Source: Octopus sinensis (lineage: Eukaryota). Taken from it: 64,000 nt of DNA. The notes below the pieces were generated by a model. That model had not been told where the DNA came from. It did no database searches and saw nothing but the letters and a program-made list of their open reading frames with translations. Positions 13,533-26,335 of the stretch are shown here, piece by piece; positions within the stretch are counted from its first letter, which is position 1; each line of letters opens with the position of its first letter. The position numbers and the translations under genes were made by a program. The stretch spans positions 31,186,001-31,250,000 of the forward strand of contig NC_043003.1 of NCBI RefSeq assembly GCF_006345805.1, given 5' to 3'.

Positions 13533-14188
13533 TACGCGTAGGTGTGCACATACCTACAGACACACACATCTATAAATACCCATATGCATGCGTGTGTATG
13601 TGAACATGTATATATGAGTGTCTTTGTGTGAGATGTGGCATGATGAGTGTTGCGCAGGATGTGTGGTTTGTATGTCGTTGCCAATAGTTTTGTATATTTT
13701 GATAAAACTTCCTCTCATATCATAAAGATTTTAAAGAAATGAATTTCTCTGAATAGAAAATTTTTTATCCTCTATTATGTTCGTACATAACAAATTTCTG
13801 ATAGTGTACATTTGCAATAACTTCTACCTCGCAAACATCTTTAGAAAACATTCGTTTCTATATCCACAAGAAATACTACACGAATCATTTGAATATCATA
13901 CACTATTTTCACAGTCAGCGAACAATAAAAGGTTTTGAACTGGGAGCCAATCTATCAATCACTACAGAATAAATGGAAGTGTGCGCCTAATCTTAAAATT
14001 TTAATGATTGTAGGCAACAAGCAGAGTAATGTGGTTATGTGCGGCAAACATGTCCACAGGCTAGTGGCGCAATAAAAAGGGTAACGGAATATAAGCATTA
14101 CAACCAGGGACTTTAGTATTGAAGTCAATCCTCGGTTTGTCATTACTTTTGCAGTACTGTACGTGCAGGAGGTGAGATGGGTTTGGAG

Positions 14189-14517
14189 AGAGCTCAAAAT
14201 CTCTCGTGGAAGCGTCATCCAACCAAAGTACAAATATATGTGAAACTACCACCGGTATCATCTCTTGTGAAAGGTAGAAGAGTCCAGTTTGCTGGACATT
14301 GTTGTAGAGCAGAAAACGACTTAATTTCTACTCTTCTCCTCTGGAAGCCATCCGCTCGTGATACCAGAGGGCGCACACTCTCCTACCCTGATGTAGTATT
14401 CAGGGATACAGGCATCCAGCAACAGGACCTCCGTAATGCTATGATGGACCGTGAAGTCTGGCGTAACATAGTGAATTCCATTGTCTCGACCACGGTCGAA
14501 CAATGATGATGATGATG
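14189..14517 (+). mobile_element. RTE-clade LINE 3' end with (GAT)n tail
   Basis: RAQNLSWKRHPTKVQIY..RRVQFAGHCCRAE..LLLWKP..GRTLSYPDV..AMMDREVWR..TTVEQ* followed by tgatgatgatgatg. Confidence 0.85.
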
Positions 14518-15169
14518 GTTTTAGTACTGACATTGAAATGCAAATTCTTACGATCTCTGAAGGTCAGAAAGCTCATTCATGCTGATCTGTAGTCTATCGT
14601 AGAAGCAGAAAAGACAGAAAATAGACTGTTGATGCAAGGAAGAAGGCTCAGTTGTCATGTGTAGAGTTAAGTATCTTCTTACCCAAAAGAACTGAAAAAG
14701 CAGTAGCAGCGGAAGAGGAAGGAGAGGAAGAAGTAGAGGAGGAGGAGAGAGAGTACAGCGACAAATTGTAGGGTCATTAGCAATAACAGAAAGGTCCTAA
14801 ACAATTGTTTCCAGAGTATCACTTGTCACGATTCTGAGAATAGCCAAATATCTTGTCTATCTATAGGTTGCTCTGATCTCATCTACGCGGCGAGTTTTTA
14901 CCTGTGTGTATCTGTGTATGTATATGTATGTATGTATGCATGTATATATGTATGTATGTATTTATGTATGTATGTATGCATATGTGTGTGTGTGTGTGTG
15001 TGTCGTGTGCTTGTGTGTTGGGGGTGGGGGGAGAGAGAGAAAGAGAGAGACTATGGGAAAATATTCCGTGATTCCATTCCAGATTAGAATTTGTATTCTT
15101 AATAATTTCTGTTCTCTTCTCCACGCTCGTCACAAGATAACAGTTATCCCGGGCTCTGATTTGTGTCTG

Positions 15170-17700
15170 TTGGCTATATGCATTAGTTCCCTAATTGCCG
15201 AAAGCCCCTATCTCACTATTCGTGAGAAACATAATTTCTCTGCAGGTAGATTTCGATCGGCGTATAAATGCTGTCGTTATTTTTCTTGTTTTCCTGTCTG
15301 GCTATATCACTTAGCATCCAGTCTGGAATATTAGCGCTATAAATTATTAGTGGATTAGCTAGAGTATTGATGCCTATTACCTCATTTGAGCATTAGCTCC
15401 GTTCCAAGTATTAAACTAATGTATCTATAACACTTTTTTCTTTATATTATGTATGCTGTGCTCCGTCTAGTTCATTTATTCCTAATTTGTAATTCTGTGT
15501 TCCTTCTAATTCTCTTAGTTTTTTTTAAAGCATCGATTATGATGTTACAGATTTTTATTAATTTTGCTTCCTTTAAAGTTAGCATGCCGTATATTTCTAA
15601 ACCGTATTTCATATCACTTCTGCTAAATCCAGGTATTGTCTGTAAAAAATATTTCCAGTCTGGTTTAACATGGTTGGTTAAAGATGTTATCCTTAGGTAG
15701 GTAGGTAGGTAGGTAGAGAAAGAGAAAGAGAAAGAGAGAGAGACAGAGAGACAGAGAGAAAGTATTTCAAGAGCCCCTTGAGATATTTCTCTTCTACTAA
15801 GGATAGGATGTTTCCATACATTTTTCTTTGCTTGCCTTTCTAGAATAGTTTAACATGTTTTTCATGAAATGTTTGATGTACCTGTTTTAACTGGGTCTAC
15901 TTTAAACTTGGGTAATATTTCTGGAATCCGTGCCTTGATCAAACGCATCTTTGACATTGTACAGTCTTCATTTAACAGTTTGCCATAATTTTTCTTTCCA
16001 GATGTATGAGATTTTGCAGCATTCATTCTGTTCTTCTGGAAGTGCGATATTTTTTGGTCAAGATGTTAATTCACTCCCGCAATATTACTGCAGTTAAGGC
16101 TTCTAAATCCTTTGCATGTCCCGTGTATTACCTGTGACCACAAGACATATTTTCTTGCGTCCATACATCATATATTATACACGTACCCAACATTTTTCAA
16201 TCACCGAAGCAACCCGGAACTTATGAAATGAAAACATTATATTACTCGGCTAACTAAAAGTCTGAAAACGAGTATAGACGTTTAGAACAAGCTTATAAAA
16301 TTGCTTTGGAAAAAGTTACGATGTTGGCGGAGAGGTTACGGCAGTTCTGTAGTTTTTTTTTTATTATTTGCTGTCTTGAGAATTAAAATGGATATTCCTG
16401 TCAGTCAGCCATTCAAATCTTGTTTCCGGCTATTTCAATGTTTCTTTAAATATTTCTGCCAGCACTCTTATGCGTACCTGTCAAACGTTTAAAGCAGAAA
16501 TTTATATCACTTTTTCATACAATCCAGTTATATTATGTAGAATTCGAGTTATTTTTCAAATGATATAGTTTCCCTCGATTGTTCTGGAGTATAATTTTAC
16601 GTAGTAATTTCTGTCGATAACTATTCCCCTTGATTTCTATTTTAATTTTCACTTTGTCTTTGATAAAATGATATGGAGTCAATCTGTTGTATAATCAAAT
16701 AATAGTTGTCAATTTTCATAAAGACAGAGATTTCGCTACTGGGGGACACTCCCTTCTTTCAGATATGTTTTAGATATAAGGTAATTTTGTTTTCATTAGC
16801 AATTTCATTAAGGACTAAACGATTTTAAATTTTATTGCTATCTTTTTCAGTATGGTTGTTTGCCGTGTTTATTAAGTTTGATATTCATGTGTGAGGAGAG
16901 ATGAGTGAATACTCATATTCCATTGTGACTCCTGCTACTGTAGTGTAGTTCCAATGCTACAGATATTTTACTTTGTTTTCATAAAGTCTGCGATCATCAG
17001 ATTTGAATTTTATATTGCTGTTGTTATGCTATCGTCAAGCTTTATTTTTTAAAAGAATCGTTTGTTGTTTCACAAAAAGTTATTCTAATTTCAAATTATT
17101 GTCATAATCAGAATTTCCATATTTAGTATTTTCTATTCTTAATCTTTCTTGTATTCGCATTTTATATACTTCCATGCGTTATTCGGAAATGGATTTTATT
17201 AGTATTCTGTAGGTTGTTAGAGCTTGATTGTGTCGTCTCGTTATTTATTCTGCTGTGATTTGTTACATATTTTGTTTTCTCCCGGTGCCATTCTAGCGAC
17301 TTACGTTCTCATTGTTTTACCTAAGATGTCTTTATTTTCGTTGTTTATGTTGCTCTTGTTTCTTTTCGTTGGTTGTCTGCATTTTCTCAATGTATTATTT
17401 CTTTTAAGCATTATGTATCTCCACCTAACATCTTTGGTTTTGAGAATATATCTCCTTAATTTTGCCAATCTGTCGGCCTAAATATTCTTTTAGACTAGAG
17501 CTATTTTCTTTGCAGATACTATCTGTGCAAGCTGCGCAGTAATTCGATTTTCTTTTGGATAAAGTGAAGTACAAAAGAGTATTTTTCTCGCATCCATTTA
17601 TGGCTTTCCGGTTTTTGTGAGACATAAGCAGTAAAGTCTGACCATATATCTCGATTAATCTCCTGATGAAAGGGTAACAACATGTTTGTTTTTGGCGGTG
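15170..17700 (-). mobile_element. Heavily degenerate R4/Dong-type element (pre-RT region through RT thumb)
   Basis: - strand motifs in order: VLAEIFKETLK.PE..EWLT, KNYRT, KDAFD, ISQGAL, FSRSDMKYGLEIYGMLTLKEAKL, TELNAQNEVIGINTLANPLIIYS, colinear with the 19953 ORF. Interrupted by GA/GTAG repeats at ~15695-15760. Confidence 0.7.
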
Positions 17701-17716
17701 AAGAGTTTTTCACACA

Positions 17717-17754
<38 letters not shown>

Positions 17755-18438
17755 GTTTAATCAATCCAAGTACGCATTCCCCTTTAAAGCTTGTGCCGAA
17801 CGATGCAGTTTATATTTGTATTGTCTTTATTTGCGTGGGAGACTGAATCTATCTGATGGCTACTTGACTCTTACGCCATCAGTGTGTTCAGACGTGGTAG
17901 CAAATAGACCACTGGAACTAAAATTTATAATACTTTACCTAAACTAAACAAAACAGTATTAAAACGTCACTATTAAATTAGTGTATTACGTAAGTATTCT
18001 TCAGCATTTCGGTAATTTGTTTTCCATTTTCTCCGCTGTTATTTAATCGATGTTAATTGATTTCTTTCAGATCAACGAAGCGGTATTGTAATTTTATTGC
18101 TTGTCTTGGTACTCAAATTATCATAAAATTTATGAGAGGTGGCCGAGAACGGCGGCATTCATATGGCTAAAAGGATCTACTTTAAATATGTGGCTGTAGA
18201 TTAGCGGGAAAAACCTGAGAGTATTCACTTAACTTTGGAGTGTCAAGGTAATCTGAGAGGGTTTCAGGGATTCCTCGATTCGCTCTATATAGTTGGCCCT
18301 TATTTTGAGGATCCTACATGAAAGTTAATTTGTTGTTCCATATTGATTTTGATAATTATTATTATCTATTTATTAACTGAATCATTATTTTTATTGTAGA
18401 TTTCGTCCATCCCGTACAACTTCGGTGTTTGTGGGTAA

Positions 18439-18531
18439 TAATAATGATAATAATAATAATAATAATAATAATGATAATAATAATAATATAATAATAATAA
18501 TAATATAATAATAATAATAATAATAATAATA
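18439..18531. repeat. (TAA)n microsatellite
   Basis: Directly visible; abuts the 5' end of the Dong copy. Confidence 0.95.
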
Positions 18532-19858
18532 AATGTTCAAAAATAACCCCAAGAATTTTTACAGGAAGATAGGAAAAACAGCGTTTACTGTAAGGTCTGT
18601 TCCATCAAAAGAAGAAGTGCAGGGATTTTGGAATAAAATTTGAAAAGGCCCCCTGGTTTGACAGAATATCTACAGAACTGGACTCCTTAGAAGAGCAAAA
18701 GTGGGAGGGTGTCAAGGTAGAAGATATAAGATCTGCTCTCAGGAGGCCAAGCAAATGGAAGTCTCGAGGAAAGGATAAAATTCCTAACTTCTGGCTGAAT
18801 GCCTTCCCAGAGAGCCATGAACTGCTAACAGAACTGTACAATGATGTTTTGCAACACCCTAGTAGGATGCCTCCTTGGCTAGTTAATGGTTTAACATTCC
18901 TGCTTCCAAAAAGTGAAGAAACAAATGAACCAAAAAACTATAGACCCATAACCTGCTTAACAACTATGTAGAAAACGCTAACATCTTTCCTGACGGAATA
19001 TACTTATAGTTTTCACAAATTTTCTGATGCATAGCATGAAAGAGTGGAGAACCAAATTTTACTCAAGTAATGTATTCTTTGGAATAGTTAATATTAAAAG
19101 GGGAATCTTCCAAGGTGACTCGTTTTCTCCGTTACTTTTTGTAATTGCACTAAAATCCATAACAATGAAACTTAGGAAAGTTAAGATGGGTTACCGATGT
19201 GGGAAGAAAGGCCCATCATTGAACCATCTGCTGTTTATAGATGACCTGAAATTGTTGGGAAAATCGGAAAAATACAAAAAGAATGCAAACGCCGCCACGA
19301 TAAAGTGTGTGTGTATCTTCATTGGCTCTTAAGCAGTAAATACCAATATGAAGTAACAGAGAAGTGGTATGAGAATGTACTAAGTAAAGTTAAGTAGGAG
19401 GATGGAAAAGTAACGATACTCTGGGACTATGATTTTCAGACGGATCGTGTAATCGAACACTGTCAACCGGATATTGTCATATTGAATAAGAGAGATAAAA
19501 TCTGTCAGATCATTGATGTAGCCATACCAAATGACATGACTGTTGTGAATAAAAAGGTTGAAAAAAATCATCAAGTACTTCGAACTGAAAGTGGAAATGG
19601 CAAGACTATATGGAATGCGAGATGGTAACGTAAAGGTGATACCAGTGGTGATCGGAGCGTTGGGTTCAATCCCATTGAAACTTCAAAACTTCTTAAGGCA
19701 ACTGGAAATCCCATGCAAAATTGATGTCTTGTAAAAGCAGTCTTATTGGGCACAGCGCACATCTTAAGGAAAGTATTATTTATCTGAAGTGCTTGTTGTG
19801 ACTTGACAAATGACTAAAGACTCCGGTGCATTTTTACCTACACTATGTTACAAAGCAA
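18532..19858 (+). mobile_element. R4/Dong-type element, 5'-truncated and internally deleted, with 3' UTR
   Basis: FKNNPKNFYRKIG..PSKEEVQGFWNKI, KNYRPITCLTT, GIFQGDSFSPLLF, HLLFIDDLKL, ILWDYDFQTDRVIEH..PDIVI..IIDVAIP, GTAHILRKVLFI*; flanked by (TAA)n on both sides. Confidence 0.9.
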
Positions 19859-19887
19859 ATAATAATAATAATAATAACAATAATAAC

Positions 19888-19950
<63 letters not shown>
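19858..19950. repeat. (TAA)n/(CAA) microsatellite between two Dong copies
   Basis: Directly visible. Confidence 0.95.
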
Positions 19951-21896
19951 TCTTGACTGTAAGTATGAGATCATGGAGAACCACACTAACTCTGAACAGT
20001 GACAATGAATCCCTAAATGCTGGTGATGTAAAAATTTCCTGTGGCATTTTCCAGGGTGACTCACTGTCACCACTCCTCTTTTGTTTAGCCTTAATACCTC
20101 TCCCAAAACTGCTCAATGACGCGCAGTACGGGTATAAAATGTTTGATAAAAATATAAATCATCTCATTTACATGGATGATTTAAAGCTTTTTGCAAAAAA
20201 TGACCAACAACTCAAGGGCTTACTAGCGATAGTCAAACAATTCAGTGACGACATCAGAATGCAATTAGGCCTCGATACATGTGCAAAAGCTACCTTTATC
20301 AAAGGAAAAATGACAGAAACATCTAACGTTAACCTTGACCAGCAGAATGTCATAAAAGAACTAGACCCAGCGGAGAGCTACAAGTACCTAGGGGTAATTG
20401 AAGAGAACGGAATAAGGCATGCAGAGATGAAGGAAAGGATCAGGAGAGAATGTTATCGAAGAGTGAGAACAATACTCAAGACAGAGCTGAATGCAAGAAA
20501 CAAGATAGAAGCGATCAATGCATTAGCCATACCAGTCGTGACTTACAGTTTCAATATCGTTAACTGGTCAATTACTGAAATATGTCAGCTCGACAGAAAA
20601 ATACGAAAACTGTTGACAATGCATAGAATGCACCGCCCTAAGGCAGATTCAGAACGACTTTATCTGCCAAGAAAAGAGGGAGGCCGTGGTCTTTTACAAC
20701 TGGCAATAACAATGAAGATTGCTACAATTGGCCTAGACACCTACCTGAAAAAGTCTGAGGACTGGATGTTAAAACTTGTCTCAAAACATGAAAACAAGAA
20801 AGCATCATACTCAGTAACAAAACAGGCAAAGGAATATCTAAGTGAATTCCGAATACGACAAATTTCGGAATTAGAGATAGACATACAAGAAACAAGCACA
20901 GAAAAAGCTAGGCGCATGAAAACCCGTGCCAAAACTGCGGCCTTAGATATTCTGAATAATAAATGGCAAGAAAAACCTCTCTATGGCAAATACCCAAAGA
21001 GAGCGAATAATGCAGATATTGACAAAGCCCTGACCCACCAATGGCTAATGGCCTCTAGTTTAAAATCTGAAACAGAAGGGTTTATCATATCAGCTCAAGA
21101 TCAATGCCTACCAACAAGAAACTACCAGGCCAACATATTAAAGAACGGCAGTAGCCCAACATGTCGTGTATGCCGACAACAAAATGAAACCATTGATTAT
21201 GTTGTCTCCAAATGCAGTCTTCTAGCGCCTACAGAGTACCTCAACAGGTATGATAGAGCTGCACAATATATTCACTGGGTAATTTGCAAAAACCTGGATT
21301 TGCCCCGTGAAAAAAACTGGTGGGAACACAATCCACCTCCAGTGCTTGAAAATGACCACATCTCACTCCTCTGGAACTTCACCATTCAAACTGACAGAAA
21401 GATAGATGCAAATAGGCCAGACATCATATTGAAAGAATTCAGACAAAGAACATGCCTCCTCATTGATATGACTGTCCCAATCGATATAAATGTATTTGTC
21501 AAGACCTATCAAAAACTGAGCAAATATAAAGATCTTGAAATAGAAATCAGCAAAATGTGGAAGCTGAAGACTAAAACAATACCTGTTGTCATAGGTGCCC
21601 TGGGAATGATAGCGAAAGGGGCTGATTGCTACCTAACTCAGATACCAGGAAACCCCAAAATGGCAGAAATTCAAAAGATAGTGCTCATGGGAACTGCTCA
21701 TATCCTACGCAAAATACTTTCTATGTAATTCCAAGGTTTAAAACAAACTTGTTTTTTTAAATTTATTTATTAGACATTCACTAGTACAACACCCGCCCCC
21801 AAATATATGGCACACTAGGCATAACAACAACGTGAACTTCCAACCTGTTGGTGAGACTTGGAGCCAACTTGTACAGACATAAAGCAAAAGTCAAAC

Positions 21897-21899
<3 letters not shown>
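19951..21899 (+). mobile_element. Young 5'-truncated R4/Dong-type RLE retrotransposon with 3' UTR, followed by a (TAA)n tail (to ~21962)
   Basis: Uninterrupted ORF; 170-bp 3' UTR; (TAA)n on both sides. Confidence 0.95.
19953..21728 (+). CDS. Partial ORF (591 aa): RT C-terminal half, CCHC-type finger, restriction-like endonuclease (R4/Dong clade)
   Basis: GIFQGDSLSPLLF, HLIYMDDLKLF, YKYLG, CRVC..ETIDYVVSKC (finger His replaced by Tyr), RPDII..LIDMTVP..KLSKY, IPVVIGALG. No natural start; begins at the truncation point. Confidence 0.9.
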   Translation: MTVSMRSWRTTLTLNSDNESLNAGDVKISCGIFQGDSLSPLLFCLALIPLPKLLNDAQYGYKMFDKNINHLIYMDDLKLFAKNDQQLKGLLAIVKQFSDDIRMQLGLDTCAKATFIKGKMTETSNVNLDQQNVIKELDPAESYKYLGVIEENGIRHAEMKERIRRECYRRVRTILKTELNARNKIEAINALAIPVVTYSFNIVNWSITEICQLDRKIRKLLTMHRMHRPKADSERLYLPRKEGGRGLLQLAITMKIATIGLDTYLKKSEDWMLKLVSKHENKKASYSVTKQAKEYLSEFRIRQISELEIDIQETSTEKARRMKTRAKTAALDILNNKWQEKPLYGKYPKRANNADIDKALTHQWLMASSLKSETEGFIISAQDQCLPTRNYQANILKNGSSPTCRVCRQQNETIDYVVSKCSLLAPTEYLNRYDRAAQYIHWVICKNLDLPREKNWWEHNPPPVLENDHISLLWNFTIQTDRKIDANRPDIILKEFRQRTCLLIDMTVPIDINVFVKTYQKLSKYKDLEIEISKMWKLKTKTIPVVIGALGMIAKGADCYLTQIPGNPKMAEIQKIVLMGTAHILRKILSM

Positions 21900-21963
<64 letters not shown>

Positions 21964-22403
21964 TCACCTTATAAACCGACAGATCTTTAAGGCTAGAAAA
22001 TAAATAAATGTATATGTGCATATAAACATATATCACAACTATTTTTGTCTTATTTGTGTAACTATATATTATTTCATTACCGAAAAAATGGTGACCCCGA
22101 CACAATGAAGCGGAGACGAGATAGAAAGAAACTTTTAACGTGATATAGAAAAGACATGGAACGATCCATCTCCCGACGTCATTGTACGGCACAGCACGTG
22201 TGATCAACAGTACAAATGAAAAATTCTTTAACCTTTGAGAAATTTTTATGATAGCAGAAAATATACCAACTGGCATTCCTGGTGATACCTGCAAATTCAG
22301 AAATAAATCAAGCAACCGCGGTCAGTTTAAAATTCCTCTATTGGTTGAATGACTCCATTTTATTGTTTGTCTAAGGAAGTGTACTCGGAATATTGCTGAT
22401 GAG

Positions 22404-22800
22404 TAAGGCGGCGAGCTGGCAGAATCGTTAGCACGTCGGGCGAAATGCTTAGCGGTATTTCGTCTGCCGTTACGTTCTGAGTTCAAATTCCGCTCAGGTC
22501 GACTTTGCCTTTCATCCTTTCGGGGTCGATTAAACAAGTACCAGTTACGCACTGGGGTCGATATAATCGACTTAATCCGTTTGTCTGTCCTTGTTTATCC
22601 TCTGTGTTTAGCCCCTTGTGGGTAGTAAAGAAATAGGTATTTCGTCTGTCTTTACGTTCTGAGTTCAAATTCCCCCGACGTCGATTTGCCTTTCATCCTT
22701 TCGAGGTCGATAAATTAAGTACAGGTTGTGTACTGGGGTCAATCTAATCGACTGGCCCCCTCTCCCTAAATTTCGTGCCTTGTGCCTTGAGTAGAAAAGA
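22404..22800 (+). mobile_element. SINE family A (tRNA-like head, GTCGACTTTGCCTTTCATCC..TACCAG central domain resembling the Meta domain), head plus two tandem bodies
   Basis: The body is repeated from ~22637, ending in the alternative CCCCTC..CCTTGTGCC tail. Confidence 0.9.
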
Positions 22801-23109
22801 ATATTGCTACCAATTGTATCAAAGTTTCGAACTTGGTCGGTTCATTGTAGTTTATAAGCATCCTAAATATCAGATACTTGCTCATTCCTCTTCTTGGCAG
22901 TAAACATTACACCGAGTAAAAAAAAACAACTTATAAAACGCATCTCAGCTGATTAGCAAAGGTTATTACACAAAATTTTAATTGTAGATAGAAAACTATC
23001 TTAATTGCAGTGAGGAATAAAGCAATTGTTAGCTGAACGTACGTTAGAGAATTTGAACCAAATACCCCTTCAGACGCTCCCAATAAAGACACTCGGTCAA
23101 CGTCAGTAT

Positions 23110-23570
23110 CAGTTTCTCATGTGCTCTCGAGCACATTGCACAGGAAGTTGTCGCCATGGATTTCTGTTGGCTGCAGATTTCTCTACATCTGGCCATGAGA
23201 TAGTGACCTTTTTTCTATCGGCTATGAATGTTCTGCGTCATGTAGTTTTTAGATTTCCTCTATTTATTTTCCCCTCCGGTGGTGTCCATTTGAAAACTGT
23301 TTTACCATGGCGTTGTTTTAACACCTGGAGTGCGTAACTTGCTTGTTGTAATCTTCGTTCTGTGATTATTTTACTACAGTGTCTTGAGTTGGCTTTCTTT
23401 ATTAGAATGTTTTCATTAGTTACGTGGCCTTCCAGTAAATATATACTCTGCCTCATTATGCTCTCAGAGAAATGTCCGTTGAATACCCTACTGTTCTCGC
23501 CGATAAGGTACTTGAATTATCACCGAACAGCATTTCATTGGGAGTAGTATATAGTATCCAGCAGTATACT
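23110..23570 (-). mobile_element. Degenerate RTE-clade LINE 3' end
   Basis: VTNENILIKKA..ITERRLQ..HGKTVFKWTPPEGKINRGNLKTT*RRT..SWPDVEKSAANRNPWRQL. Confidence 0.75.
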
Positions 23571-24289
23571 ATATTGTGCTATCGATGAAGGACGCTATCC
23601 TGATAACATATCTATTGAAACCTGACTTACATAACAACTACGAAACTAAGATTGCTATGTTAAACCATAGTGTGGTCGCGAATGGGATCTCTATTTTGCA
23701 ATGTTGCTTATTACCATTTTCTGGTAATATGTAATATTTATTATTACCATTTTCTGGTTTCTGGAAGGAAGCTATGCTTCACTATATGCTCTCATTTCTC
23801 TGTATTTCATTGAAAGATTGCCAGGTCTACGCTGATTACTAGGCTGAAATGTATATGACATAATTTTCCATGTAAATAGTGTGTATATAATTGTTTGTAT
23901 ATTTAGCTATTTACTAAATAGATGCTTTTATTCAATTAATCTTATTAAATACAGTTTTCTGCCAGTAATTACTTATAAAATTAAATATTCATCATGCATA
24001 GAATTTTCACGGGATCCACTAACAGGCAAAATATAAATGACTGAGGTTAATTACTTAGAGAGACCACCCGAAAGAAAACAATAGTTAAGTACTAATAGTT
24101 CTAACATATTTATTACATAAAATATGTTAGAACTAATTAAACTGTTAGTATATAAATTTAATTAATCTTGCCGAAAATGACTTATTACATCAATCGTTGT
24201 TCATTTGTAAAGATCAAGCAGCAGATTATTATTTTTCTATCTACACAGTTTTATTTTGTCTGCAGTGATTCATGCATATAGTTGTAATT

Positions 24290-24840
24290 CCTTCATGCAA
24301 TCATTAATGAATTAATTAATTCTTTAGTTAATTAATAAATCAATTCAACCATCTCAACAATACGCCATTCAGTAAATCAACCAATCGCTTACTTAATGAG
24401 AAATTCGTTTGATAATACATTTATTAGTTCATTTACTGCTCCATCTTTTCAGTCACTTATGTTATCAATCTTTACTCATTCATTCAGTTACTCATTCATC
24501 GAATTGTCTATTCCTTTATTCACGAACTCATCAATCAACCACTTAATCAACCAATCAAACAATCACTCAATGAATCAATCTTTCAATCGATCAATCACTC
24601 ATTCATCGACTTTTCTATTCCTTTATTCACGAATTTACTACTCACTCAGTTGCTCGGTCAATCAATCAATCAATCAATCAATCTTTCATTCAGTTAATTC
24701 TTCATCCAATCACGTACTCAATAATTCACTTCTTCACATATCCACACTTTTATTCAAGTATTCCCTCATCTCTTGACTTAATCATTCCGTCATTCCGTGT
24801 ATTATTCATTCCTTCATTCACTCATTCATTCACTCATATA
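24290..24840. repeat. Degenerate (TCAA/TTCA)n low-complexity tract
   Basis: Recurrent tcaatcaatc / tcattcattc. Confidence 0.8.
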
Positions 24841-25261
24841 TGTGTTTTTATTATTTATTCATCTCTTCGGCATGAATGTTCACGATAAAACTCATTTCAA
24901 AGGGGGGAAGAACATAAACAGAACTTGTAATAAAATATCTCCATGTGGAAAGTAATTAGGATTTCGACTTCAAAGAAGCATTAGAGAGTGATAAATACAT
25001 ATACGCGTACGTGCAAACACTAACATACACTCACACGTGTACTCATACACACAAGCACACATACGCACACACATACGTACATGTACACACACATGCCCGC
25101 GTGTACGAATACACTCCCACACAAACACACACATACAACGCACAAATGCAAGCATACACTCGTGAACACATATATAACTTTCTACATATACGCACATATT
25201 CCTGCACATGTACACACGCACAAACACATACACAAACACACACACGTACACACGCATACTA

Positions 25262-25294
<33 letters not shown>

Positions 25295-25329
25295 GCAAAA
25301 GCATTCATGCACATGTACATGTATACTCA

Positions 25330-25400
25330 TACGAGGGGGTGCTGAAAACTTCCTGGCTTTAAGAGTATCGCGAAAGGGCTGGTTCGAGACCCAATCTTCC
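25330..25400 (+). mobile_element. Mariner-type terminal inverted repeat fragment
   Basis: TACGAGGGGGTGCTGAAAACTTCC, similar to the TIR-like end at 47320. Confidence 0.4.
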
Positions 25401-25629
25401 GCGCGCACGCGCGTGTATGTGTGTGCGTGCGTGCGTGTGTACGTATGTGTGTGTGAGAGGGTATGCGTGCGTATGTATGTGCGCGCACAAATATATATAT
25501 ATGTATATATACATACGTAAATCTCGAACGACGAGAGTGAGTGCTCAACATTGTTTATTTGGGTTTTAAGGTTACCATTGGTTTCATGTTAAGAAACATG
25601 AAAAAGAATGATTTTAGCGTTGCATATAA

Positions 25630-26335
25630 ATTCTTTTGCCAGACAGTACTAATGCTGCATTAGAAAGGTTCAGCTTCAAGAATAGCATAAACTACATTGA
25701 ACCAAATACAGGTAAATCAAGAAGATGCAGACAGTGGAAAATATTACCGTTTAACCCACCTTATATTCTGAATGTCGCCTCTGTTCTAGCTGGGAAATTC
25801 TTAAAATTAATAGATAATCATTTCCCACATTCAGACAAAAATCATGAGATGTTCAATAGAAACTCTGTTAAAGCTAGCTATAGTTGCCTCGCCAATACAG
25901 GGTCTATAATACACGACCACAATAAAAATAAACACACCAGAACAACCCTCGAAAGAAAGACACTGTAACTGTAGATCTCCAAACCGCTGTCCTCTAAATT
26001 ATAACTGTCTGGAAAAAGTTAAGGATCCCAGCGGAGCAACTCGTTGAAAGAAAGATAAACACAACACCTGGCGTCATTCAGGAACAAAAATAAAAGACAT
26101 ACGACATCCTTATCCAATATGATATGGACATTAAAAGAAGGGAGAGTAAGCAAATCCCAAATAACATGGGGCATCATTGCTAAAGCCATAAAACGCAGAG
26201 GACGGGGTACCAAATGTGAGCCCTGTATCACTGAAATATTATACAGTCTGCAGATAACATCCTAAATATTAAGGATGAATCATTCTCTTTCTCCATACAC
26301 AAGCAATATTTCACACTCCAGCATTTCAAAGAGGA
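25630..26335 (+). mobile_element. Penelope-like element: RT C-terminus, linker and GIY-YIG with internal deletion; probable pLTR to ~26700
   Basis: FNPPYILNV..GKFLKLIDNHFP..FNRNSVKASYSCLAN..IIHDHNK, CNCRSPNRCPLNYNCLEK, TTSLSNMIWTLKE..ITWGIIAKA..KCEPCITE. Confidence 0.85.
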
